Below, in pieces: positions 9,366 to 17,846 of a stretch of 64,000 bases of DNA. Each line of letters starts with the position of its first letter. Position 1 is the first letter of the stretch. The translations under genes were made by a program, and so were the position numbers. This DNA is from an uncultured Mollicutes bacterium (GTDB lineage Bacteria; Bacillota_I; Bacilli_A; RFN20; CAG-826): NCBI GenBank assembly GCA_900540395.1, contig UQFQ01000002.1, positions 78,918 to 142,917 on the forward strand. Direction: 5' to 3'. A model generated the notes under the pieces. It did no database searches, was not told the origin of the DNA, and saw nothing but the letters and a program-made list of their open reading frames with translations.

Positions 9366-10877
9366 ATGAAAGTTATCGTTGTTCCTCTTGATGAGAGACC
9401 ATGCAATTATGAGTATTTGCTTAATCTTCCATTACCAAAAGAGGTAGAACTTGTTTTACCAAGTCGAGATTTACTGTCTAAGAAAAAAGATGTTTGTAAA
9501 ATTTACCCTTTGCATGAATGGCTTTTTGACAACGCTAAAGATGCTGATTATTTAGTAGTTTCTTTTGATACACTTTTATATGGTGGAATAATTCCTTCTC
9601 GTTTGCATCATTTAGAACAAGATGAAATTTTAAAAAGAGCTGAAGCAGTTCGTAAAGTTAAAGAAATTAATCCTAAAATTAAAATATATGCAAATTGCTT
9701 AATTATGAGATGCCCTGCTTATAATTGTGGGGATGAAGAACCAGATTATTTTGATGAATATGGTTATAACATTTTTAGATATGGTCAACTTCTTGATAAA
9801 GAGAAGCAAGGTTTAATTTCACAAAATGAAGTACTTGAAAAAGAGAATTTAACTAAAAAAATACCAAGTGAATATTTAAATGATTTTATTTCTAGAAGAA
9901 AGAAAAACCTTGAAGCAATTTTAAAAATTTTAACTTATGTTAAAGATGGAATAATTGATTTTTTCATCATTCCACAAGATGATTGCAGTGAATATGGATT
10001 TACTTCAATTGACCAAAGAAAAGTAAAATCATTTATTAGCAAAAAGAAAATTGATGATAAAGTAGTTATTTATCCTGGAGCTGATGAAGTTGGCTTAACT
10101 TTAATGGCTCGAGTATTAAATGATTATTATAATTACTCGCTTAAATTTTATGTTTTCTATAGTTCAACTTTAGGAAGCAATTCAATTCCAATGTTTGAAG
10201 ATCGACCAATTTCTGAAACAATTAAATATCATATTTATTCCACTAAAGGAGTTATGGTTTCTTCAATTAGTGAAGCGGATATTTGTTTAGGAATAAATAT
10301 TGGAAGTGAATTTTTAGATAAACACGATAAACGCTGCCATATCGTTTATGGAAAGAATCGAAATATTCCTTCTTTTGTTGATACAATCTCTTACATTTTA
10401 AATTCTGGAAAAGTATGTGGAATTGGAGATTGTGCCTATTGTAATGAAGCTGATAAAGAACTCTTAGAGTTTTTAAAAACAAAAGGATTACTATTTAAGC
10501 TTTCTTCTTTTGCTGGTTGGAATACTTCAAGTAACACTTTAGGAACAACAATCTCTAATTTAACAAGCTACTATTATTCAAAAGATGAAAAAAAGAAAAA
10601 TATATCTTTAATTAATCGTTATATTGATGATTTTATTTATATGGCGATTGTTAGAGAAAAGTTAATCATGTTTATTGAAGGTGAAAAGATTAATGGAATT
10701 AATTGTTTCAATTTGGGCGAACATAAAAAGCGTTATGAAACAATTGCTAAAGAAATGATTAAAGAAGAAGCTAAAAACTTTTCTTTAGAACTTAATAATT
10801 ATATTAAAGATCTTGATGTTAACTTTATCTGGAATCGCACTTTTGAAATTTTACTTCATTTAGAAACTAATTTATAA
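9366..10877 (+). CDS. DUF4127 family protein (function unknown)
   Basis: N-terminal 'VVPLDERPCNYEY' carries the LDERP signature I recall for DUF4127. The ~500 aa length fits that family. RBS 'agggg' precedes the ATG at 9366, so the GTG at 9357 is too close to the RBS. Confidence 0.6.
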   Translation: MKVIVVPLDERPCNYEYLLNLPLPKEVELVLPSRDLLSKKKDVCKIYPLHEWLFDNAKDADYLVVSFDTLLYGGIIPSRLHHLEQDEILKRAEAVRKVKEINPKIKIYANCLIMRCPAYNCGDEEPDYFDEYGYNIFRYGQLLDKEKQGLISQNEVLEKENLTKKIPSEYLNDFISRRKKNLEAILKILTYVKDGIIDFFIIPQDDCSEYGFTSIDQRKVKSFISKKKIDDKVVIYPGADEVGLTLMARVLNDYYNYSLKFYVFYSSTLGSNSIPMFEDRPISETIKYHIYSTKGVMVSSISEADICLGINIGSEFLDKHDKRCHIVYGKNRNIPSFVDTISYILNSGKVCGIGDCAYCNEADKELLEFLKTKGLLFKLSSFAGWNTSSNTLGTTISNLTSYYYSKDEKKKNISLINRYIDDFIYMAIVREKLIMFIEGEKINGINCFNLGEHKKRYETIAKEMIKEEAKNFSLELNNYIKDLDVNFIWNRTFEILLHLETNL

Positions 10878-10879
10878 AA

Positions 10880-11719
10880 ATGAATATTGTTGCTTTAGAT
10901 ATTGGTGGAACAAGTATAAAAAGTGGTTTATTTTCTAATGATTTGTTATTAGAAAGTTTTGATAACCAAACTTTTGGCAATAAAGGTCTAGAAAAAATTA
11001 AAGAAAGCATATGTATCGCAATAAATCATTATTTAGGTAAAAGAAAAATTGATTGTATTGCAATTTCAACTGCTGGAGATATTGATCCTTTTAAAGGTGA
11101 AGTAGTTTATGCTAGTGATAACTTAAAAGGCTTTACTGGTTTTAAAATTAAAGAATTCGTTGAAAGTTTATATAAAGTTAAATGTTTTGTTAATAATGAT
11201 GCTGTTTGTCATTTATTAGGGATAATTGATGACACTAATAAAGATAAAAATATCTTTATGCTTACTTTAGGAACAGGAGTTGGAGCAGTTTTATATAAAA
11301 ATAAAGAAATTTATTATGGAGAAAAATTTAATTTAGGTAAATTTGCTCATTATGTTTTGGTAGAAAATGGGATTCAATGTGATTGTGGTCAAAAAGGATG
11401 TGCTGAAAAAGAGTTATCTAAAAATTTCTTTTTAGTTAAAAGCAAAGAATATTTTCATGAAGAAAAAAGTGCTAAAGAAGTTTTTGATTTATTTAAAGAA
11501 GGCGATTTAAACGCTAAAAAAATCATTGATGAATACTTTGTTAACTTTAATAACTATCTTCAATATTTAGAAAAATTAGATTTAGATTTAATTTATATTT
11601 CAGGAGGCATTGCAACTTATACAGATATCTTTAAAATGTATCTTAAAAATGAAAAGATTAAGTATGTAAAGGAGAATGCTTTATTAGGTGTTTATGGCGC
11701 TAAAAAGCTAGTTAAGTGA
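10880..11719 (+). CDS. ROK family sugar kinase (NanK-like candidate)
   Basis: 'ALDIGGTSIKSG' ATP-binding start. ROK zinc motif 'CDCGQKGCAEKE'. 279 aa. Confidence 0.8.
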   Translation: MNIVALDIGGTSIKSGLFSNDLLLESFDNQTFGNKGLEKIKESICIAINHYLGKRKIDCIAISTAGDIDPFKGEVVYASDNLKGFTGFKIKEFVESLYKVKCFVNNDAVCHLLGIIDDTNKDKNIFMLTLGTGVGAVLYKNKEIYYGEKFNLGKFAHYVLVENGIQCDCGQKGCAEKELSKNFFLVKSKEYFHEEKSAKEVFDLFKEGDLNAKKIIDEYFVNFNNYLQYLEKLDLDLIYISGGIATYTDIFKMYLKNEKIKYVKENALLGVYGAKKLVK

Positions 11720-11720
11720 T

Positions 11721-13556
11721 ATGACAAATTTTGAATATTGTTTTAAAAATTTACAAATAGAATTCAACTTTTGCGGGGTTTTAAATCTAGAACCTGAAGA
11801 TATTATTCTTCAGCAAACTGAGTTTGCTTCAGCTAGATATATCGCAAGTGAGAAAAAATATTTAATAAATTATCGTAATGAACATGATATTTGGCGATTA
11901 ATTTATGAAACATTTAACTACAATTTAAAAACTAATTTTCAAATCTTTATTAATCATACTTTTGATGATTTAGCCATAATGGTTGATGTAGCTAGAAATA
12001 ATGTTTTAACTGTTCAAAGTTTTAAAAGATTAATCCATCATATCGCTATTTTAGGGTATAGCACTTTAAAAATATATTTAGAAGATGTTTTTGAAATAGA
12101 GGGCGAACCATATTTTGGACATTTTAGAGGAAGATATAAAAAGGAAGAACTAAGTGAAATTGTTTCTTACGCTAAACTTTTTAACTTAAATGTTGTTCCT
12201 TGTATTCAAACTTTAGCTCATCTTAAAACATTAAAAAGATGGTGTGTCTATCGTCCTTATTTTGATATTGATGATATTTTGATGGTTGGCGAACCAAAAG
12301 TTTATGAACTCATTGATAAAATGATGAAAACAGTTAAAGAAATCTTTAATTCTGATGTCATTAATATTGGTATGGATGAAGCTCATAATTTAGGAAGAGG
12401 AGCTTATCTTGATAAAAATGGATATCGTAAAAGAATTGATATATTAAAAGAACATTTAGCAAAGGTTTTAAAGATTGCTCAAAAATATAATTTCCATGTT
12501 GAAATGTGGTCAGATATGTTCTTTAACAATTTATATAGTATTGATCAAGATAGTAGTGTTTATGAAGGTAGCGAAGTAGAAAAATCTTTAAAAATTATTT
12601 ATTGGGATTATTCCTATCGCTTAGTTGAAGAATATAAGAAAAATATTGCTTTGCATAAAACTTTAACGGAAAACGTAACTATTGCTAGTGGCTCATGGAA
12701 ATGGCTAGGTTTTATACCTAATAACCATTACGCGATTAAACATAATAAAAATATGTTTATTGCGGCTAAAGATATGGGCATAAAAGAATATACCTTAACT
12801 TGTTGGGGAGATAATGGGGGAGAAACTTCAATCTTTGCAATATTACCAGTGATTAATTATGTAGCAAATTTAAATTATATTAATGAAAACGTTAAAGAAA
12901 GTTATCAATTTAAAAAATTAACTAATATTGATTATGAAGATTTTATAAAGATAGATCTTGTAAATAACACTAAAAATGAATTAAACATTGATACATTAAA
13001 TTCATCTAATAGAGATTATCTTTATAACGATATAATGCTAGGAATATTTGATTCTTGTATTAAAGAAGACCAAGTCAAAACTTATGAAACTGTGATAGAA
13101 AGCCTGCAAAACATTGGTAAAAGTTCAAAATTTGATTATATCTTTGATACAAGTAGAAGTTTAGCACTTGTTTTAAAAAGAAAAGTTAAGATTGCTTTAA
13201 GTTTAAGAAAAGCTTATCAAAATAAAGACTATAAAGAACTTAAATCGACAATTTCTGACTTAATGAAACTTAAAATGGAAGTGGAGGATTTCTATCAAAC
13301 TTTCTATAAGCAATGGCATAAAGAAAGCAAAGGTTTTGGCTTTGAAGTTCAAGACATTAGAATTGGTGCTTTAAAGCAAAGAATTGAATCAACTATAAGA
13401 AGAATAGAGGATTACCTTCAAGGAAAAATTAGAGATATTGATGAACTTGAAGAAATCGCTTTAGATTTTTATGGAAATAATCAAGATTTTTATAAACCTG
13501 ATGATTTAGTAGATCCATATTGGGTCAAAATGAGTTCAGTTAATGTTAATGATTAA
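11721..13556 (+). CDS. Glycoside hydrolase family 20 beta-N-acetylhexosaminidase (cytoplasmic, GH20C-like)
   Basis: 'MVDVARN', catalytic 'NIGMDEAHNLG' (D-E pair), 'WGDNGGE'. No signal peptide. The ROK-GH20 adjacency resembles a known streptococcal arrangement (from memory). Confidence 0.75.
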   Translation: MTNFEYCFKNLQIEFNFCGVLNLEPEDIILQQTEFASARYIASEKKYLINYRNEHDIWRLIYETFNYNLKTNFQIFINHTFDDLAIMVDVARNNVLTVQSFKRLIHHIAILGYSTLKIYLEDVFEIEGEPYFGHFRGRYKKEELSEIVSYAKLFNLNVVPCIQTLAHLKTLKRWCVYRPYFDIDDILMVGEPKVYELIDKMMKTVKEIFNSDVINIGMDEAHNLGRGAYLDKNGYRKRIDILKEHLAKVLKIAQKYNFHVEMWSDMFFNNLYSIDQDSSVYEGSEVEKSLKIIYWDYSYRLVEEYKKNIALHKTLTENVTIASGSWKWLGFIPNNHYAIKHNKNMFIAAKDMGIKEYTLTCWGDNGGETSIFAILPVINYVANLNYINENVKESYQFKKLTNIDYEDFIKIDLVNNTKNELNIDTLNSSNRDYLYNDIMLGIFDSCIKEDQVKTYETVIESLQNIGKSSKFDYIFDTSRSLALVLKRKVKIALSLRKAYQNKDYKELKSTISDLMKLKMEVEDFYQTFYKQWHKESKGFGFEVQDIRIGALKQRIESTIRRIEDYLQGKIRDIDELEEIALDFYGNNQDFYKPDDLVDPYWVKMSSVNVND

Positions 13557-13567
13557 GGGATGAAGTT

Positions 13568-15769
13568 ATGGAATATAAAGTTGAAAAAAATAAAGTTGAA
13601 ATTTTAATTAATAACAAAAGTTTAAATATTGAATTATTAAACAAAAATATTATTCGTCTTTATGTTAAAAAGAATAGATGTGATTTAATTGATTTAAATG
13701 TCAAAAAAGCTAGAAGAAATTTTGAAGTTAAAAAAGAAGACAATTCATTAGTAGTAATTGATCGTAATTACAAATTACTTTTTAAAGAAGATGAAGGTGT
13801 CTCTTTATACTTTAAAGATTCTTATTTGACATCAATTAGCTTTAATAAACTTTTTGATGAAGTCGAAAAAAGAGAATATTTTAACACTAGCTTTAAGATT
13901 AATGATAACGACAACATCTTTGGCTTAGGTGATAAGATGGCCTATCTTGATAAAAAAGGATATTTTTGGGCAAGCTGGGCAACTGATGACTCAAATCATC
14001 AAGATGAACTTTTCCCATCATTATATAAATCAATTAATTACCTGTTATTACGTAGCAATAAAAAATTCTTTGGGGTTTTCTTCCCATCAACTTTTAGATT
14101 AACTTTTGATGCTTGCAAAACTGATTTACACAAATTAACAGTTAATAATTTTGAAGAAGAACAAGATATGTTTCTTGTTTTAGGAGATGATATTAAAGAA
14201 GTTACTAGAAGTTATAGTGAACTTGTTGGTCATCCTTATTTTATTAGAATGAAAATGTTAGGTTATCAACAATCTCGTTGGTCATATGAAAATGAAGAGA
14301 TGGTTAAAACTTTAAGAGATAATTTTATTAAACATGAAATTCCATTAGATTATATTCATTTAGATATACACTATATGGATGGATACCGTGATTTCACAAT
14401 TGATAAAACTCGTTTTCCTGATATTAAAACTTTAAGTGAAGAACTTAAAAAAGATGAAATTGAACTTGTTGGGATAAACGATGCTGCAATAAAAGAAGAT
14501 CCTGAATTTGATTTATATAAATATTTAGAAGACAATCATCTTTTTGGAACACTTGATGGTAAAACATATATTAATGCCGTGTGGCCAGGAGATAGTGGCT
14601 TCCCAAACTACTTTGATGACAAGTGCAAGAAGTATTTTGAAAGCTACGCTTCAAAATTTTTAGATGATACTGGAATTAGTGGTATTTGGTGCGATATGAA
14701 TGAGCCAGCCAGTTTTAATGGACCTTTACCAGATGAAGTTGATTTTACTTTTGGAAAAAGAAAACTTCTTCATAAAGAAGCACACAATGTTTATGCTGAA
14801 CATATGGTGAAATCCTTTGTTAGCACCTTTAAAAAGAAAAATATAAGACCATATTTATTCTCAAGAGCTGCTTTTGCAACTACTGCAAAATATGCCTTTG
14901 TATGGAATGGAGACAATTTTTCACTTTGGCATCATTTAAGATATTCAATTCCTCAAATTTTGTCTTTAAGTATGTCAGGCTTTATGTTTAATGGCGTTGA
15001 TATTGGTGGATTTGGTGGCGACAGCAACAAAGAACTTCTTATTAGATGGCTTGAAGCAAATTTATTCATTCCGTTTTTAAGAAATCACTCAACACTTCAT
15101 ACTAAAGCTCAAGAACCTTATGCATATGATGAAGAAACTTTAAATATCTTTAAAAAGTATTTAAAGATTAGATATGAGTTTATCCCATATTTATATAATC
15201 TTGCTCAAGAAATGTCTTTTAAAGGCGAGCCAATTGTTTCTCCACTTTTCTATCATTTTGAAGATGATGAAAATACTTTAGAAATTAACGATGAGTATAT
15301 GGTTGGAGATTCTTTACTTGTTGCTCCAATTTTAGATAAAGATGCTAGAAGAAGAATGATTTATCTTCCTAAAGGGACTTGGATAGATTTATTTACAGGC
15401 AAAAAGTACATAGGCGGAAAATATATAATTTTTGCTGAAAACCTTGCAGAAAGTGGATACTTTATCAAAAACAATACTTTAATTCCAATGTTTGAAAATT
15501 TGAAACATATTAAAAAGAGTGAAATCGATACCCTTGTTATTAAAGTCTTTGGTAATAGTGGAAAAGTTAAAATCTATGAAGATGATGGTGAAACTTTAGA
15601 CTATGAAAAAGGTATTTATAACATTTATGAAGCTAGAGTAAATAAAGATAAATTTACTTTTAAGAAAGTTAAAGGAAGTTACGATTCCCCATTTAAAAAG
15701 ATTAAACTTATTAAAGATGGGGAAACAAAAATATTTGATTTTAAAGATGATTTAAGTGAAATCATCTAA
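13568..15769 (+). CDS. Glycoside hydrolase family 31 (alpha-glycosidase)
   Basis: GH31 nucleophile motif 'GIWCDMNEP'. 'FVWNGDN' acid/base region. 733 aa. Confidence 0.85.
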   Translation: MEYKVEKNKVEILINNKSLNIELLNKNIIRLYVKKNRCDLIDLNVKKARRNFEVKKEDNSLVVIDRNYKLLFKEDEGVSLYFKDSYLTSISFNKLFDEVEKREYFNTSFKINDNDNIFGLGDKMAYLDKKGYFWASWATDDSNHQDELFPSLYKSINYLLLRSNKKFFGVFFPSTFRLTFDACKTDLHKLTVNNFEEEQDMFLVLGDDIKEVTRSYSELVGHPYFIRMKMLGYQQSRWSYENEEMVKTLRDNFIKHEIPLDYIHLDIHYMDGYRDFTIDKTRFPDIKTLSEELKKDEIELVGINDAAIKEDPEFDLYKYLEDNHLFGTLDGKTYINAVWPGDSGFPNYFDDKCKKYFESYASKFLDDTGISGIWCDMNEPASFNGPLPDEVDFTFGKRKLLHKEAHNVYAEHMVKSFVSTFKKKNIRPYLFSRAAFATTAKYAFVWNGDNFSLWHHLRYSIPQILSLSMSGFMFNGVDIGGFGGDSNKELLIRWLEANLFIPFLRNHSTLHTKAQEPYAYDEETLNIFKKYLKIRYEFIPYLYNLAQEMSFKGEPIVSPLFYHFEDDENTLEINDEYMVGDSLLVAPILDKDARRRMIYLPKGTWIDLFTGKKYIGGKYIIFAENLAESGYFIKNNTLIPMFENLKHIKKSEIDTLVIKVFGNSGKVKIYEDDGETLDYEKGIYNIYEARVNKDKFTFKKVKGSYDSPFKKIKLIKDGETKIFDFKDDLSEII

Positions 15770-15780
15770 GGAGTAAATCT

Positions 15781-17079
15781 ATGAAAAAGTGTATTAAAGT
15801 TGCAATTTTTGGCTGCGGAAATAGAGGAAATTTTTATGGCAGCTATGCAAAAGAAAAACCTAACTATATGAAGGTTGTTCAAGTGGTTGATTCTAATAAA
15901 ACCGCACTTGAATATGCTAAAAATTATTATGGATTAAATGATGAAGATTGTTTTTTATCTTTTGAAGAATGGTTAAAAGCACCTAAAAAAGCTGATGCAA
16001 TTTTAAATTGCTTCATGGATAAATATCATATTGAAACTACAATGCCTTTATTTAAAATGGGCTATGATGTTTTACTTGAAAAACCAATTTGTAATAATCC
16101 AGAAGAGTTAATTGCTTTAATGGATGAATCCAAAAAATACAACAAGACTTTAATGGTTTGTCACGTATTAAGATATACTCCATTTTATTCAAGAATTAAG
16201 AAAATTATCGATTCTAAAGAACTTGGTGATATTGTCACAATTGAAATGGCGGAACATGTTTATTTACCTCATATGATGTCAAGTTATGTTAGAGGTAAGT
16301 GGAGAAGCGAAAGTGAATGCGGTTCACCTATGATTATGGCAAAATGCTGCCACGATGCTGATTTAATGTGTTTCTTTAATTCAGATGCTAAACCAGTTTA
16401 TGTAACAAGTTTTGGTGAAAGAACCCAATTTGTTCCTTCTAGAAAACCAAAAGATGCTACAGATAAATGTCTAACTTGTCCACATATGAAAACTTGCCAA
16501 TATTCTTGCTATTGGTATTTAGAAAATAAAGCTCAAGATCCAATCGTTTTTAATAATGCTGTTGAAGGTAAAAGATGGGATGAAGTTACTATTGAAGACA
16601 AGAAAAAAGTCTTTATGGAATCAGATTCGCTTGGAAAATGTGCATTTGATGGCCCACAAGATTTAGTTGATCATCAAACAACTGCTGTAGATTTTTCTAA
16701 TGGTGTAACCGCAACTTTAACTATGGTTGGTGGAGCTAGCTATCCTTGTAGAACAATTCATATCATCCTTACAAAAGGTGAGTTATATGGAATGTTTGAA
16801 TCAAATAAACTTCATGTAATGAAATATGATATGACCAAATTCTCGAGAACAACAAAAACATTATATTTAGGTAATGTTGGAATTGGTCATGGTGGTGGAG
16901 ATATGAGACTTATTGCTGATTTCATCGAATATTTAAGAACTGGTAAAAAGTCAATTTCTCAAACAAGAATTGAAAACTCGATTGATGGTCATTTGCTTGG
17001 AATTGGTGCTGACCTTAGCGACAAAACAAGAAAAACCGTTAAAATTACAGATGATCGAAATTTAGAGGTATTAAAGTGA
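15781..17079 (+). CDS. Gfo/Idh/MocA family oxidoreductase with Cys-rich insert
   Basis: Rossmann start 'KVAIFGCGNRGNFY', 'LLEKP' motif. Unusual Cys cluster C230-x2-C233-x5-C239-x3-C243 plus C180/C189/C190/C197/C287. Confidence 0.75.
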   Translation: MKKCIKVAIFGCGNRGNFYGSYAKEKPNYMKVVQVVDSNKTALEYAKNYYGLNDEDCFLSFEEWLKAPKKADAILNCFMDKYHIETTMPLFKMGYDVLLEKPICNNPEELIALMDESKKYNKTLMVCHVLRYTPFYSRIKKIIDSKELGDIVTIEMAEHVYLPHMMSSYVRGKWRSESECGSPMIMAKCCHDADLMCFFNSDAKPVYVTSFGERTQFVPSRKPKDATDKCLTCPHMKTCQYSCYWYLENKAQDPIVFNNAVEGKRWDEVTIEDKKKVFMESDSLGKCAFDGPQDLVDHQTTAVDFSNGVTATLTMVGGASYPCRTIHIILTKGELYGMFESNKLHVMKYDMTKFSRTTKTLYLGNVGIGHGGGDMRLIADFIEYLRTGKKSISQTRIENSIDGHLLGIGADLSDKTRKTVKITDDRNLEVLK

Positions 17080-17750
17080 AACTTAATGAAGGACTCATCG
17101 TTTCTTGCCAAGCATTAAAAGATGAGCCAATGTATGGTGGCGACACTATTGAAAAATTTGCTTACGCAGCTTATCTTGCTGGAGCTAAAGGCATTAGAGC
17201 TAACACTATAAAAGACATTAATGGAATAGCGAAGAAATTGAATCATGAACTTCCAATAATTGGAATTATTAAAGAAGTTTATCCAAATAGTGAAGTTTAT
17301 ATCACTCCAACAATTAAAGAAGTTAAAAAACTTATTCGTTCAAAATGTGATGTTATTGCTCTTGATGCAACTTTAAGGAAAAGGCCTGGAAAAGATAATT
17401 TATTGTCTTTAGTTCGCTATATAAGAAGTCATTCAGATAAATTAATTATGGCTGATTGTGCAACTTTAGAAGAAGTAAAAAATGCTGATCAAATTGGCTT
17501 TGATTATATTTCCTCTACATTAAGAAGTTACACAAAAGAAAGCGCTGGTATAAAAATTCCAGATATTGAATTTACAAAAGAAATGTTAAATACAGTTAAA
17601 AATGCCAAGGTTATTTTTGAAGGCGGAATTGATTCACCTCAAACTTTGGCAAAAGTATTAGAAACTGGAGTTAAATATGTTGTAATTGGAGGAGCAATAA
17701 CCCGCCCTCTTCAAATTACAAAACGTTATTTACAAGAATTCAAAAATTGA
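17076..17750 (+). CDS. nanE: N-acetylmannosamine-6-phosphate 2-epimerase
   Basis: Near full-length resemblance to NanE: 'GLIVSCQAL.DEP', 'GIRAN', 'VIALDAT', 'GFDYISSTL', 'VVIGGAITRP..ITKR'. GTG start overlaps the previous stop (GTGA). Confidence 0.9.
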   Translation: MKLNEGLIVSCQALKDEPMYGGDTIEKFAYAAYLAGAKGIRANTIKDINGIAKKLNHELPIIGIIKEVYPNSEVYITPTIKEVKKLIRSKCDVIALDATLRKRPGKDNLLSLVRYIRSHSDKLIMADCATLEEVKNADQIGFDYISSTLRSYTKESAGIKIPDIEFTKEMLNTVKNAKVIFEGGIDSPQTLAKVLETGVKYVVIGGAITRPLQITKRYLQEFKN

Positions 17751-17805
17751 TAAATATTCATATTTACTTATTCTTATTTAAGTAAACATTGTCAAAAATT
17801 ATGAA

Positions 17806-17834
17806 TTGACTTGTTCTATACTTATAATTTTAAT
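17806..17834 (+). promoter_or_regulatory. Candidate internal sigma-70 promoter (TTGACT-N17-TTTAAT) for the ATPase/GH36 genes
   Basis: TTGACT at 17806-17811 and TTTAAT at 17829-17834. It lies in the only ~95 nt gap of the operon and is followed by RBS 'gagg' (17835-17838) and the ATG at 17847. Confidence 0.4.
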
Positions 17835-17846
17835 GAGGTACAAGAG

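Noticed and set aside
6434-10482. Track ORFs 6434..6760(-), 8158..8370(-), 8174..8380(+) and 10267..10482(-)
   Set aside because: They are antisense or out-of-frame shadows of well-supported genes (permeases, SGNH esterase, DUF4127). Long stop-free shadow frames are expected in AT-rich DNA.
17811-17846. Upstream alternative starts from the track (TTG 17811, GTG 9357, TTG 6279, TTG 27655, ATG 28508, TTG 38656, ATG 42656 on the - strand)
   Set aside because: In each case a downstream ATG is preceded by a better-spaced SD (gagg, agggg, ggagga, ggagg), or the upstream start lies inside the previous gene or promoter. The coordinates were adjusted accordingly, with residual uncertainty.
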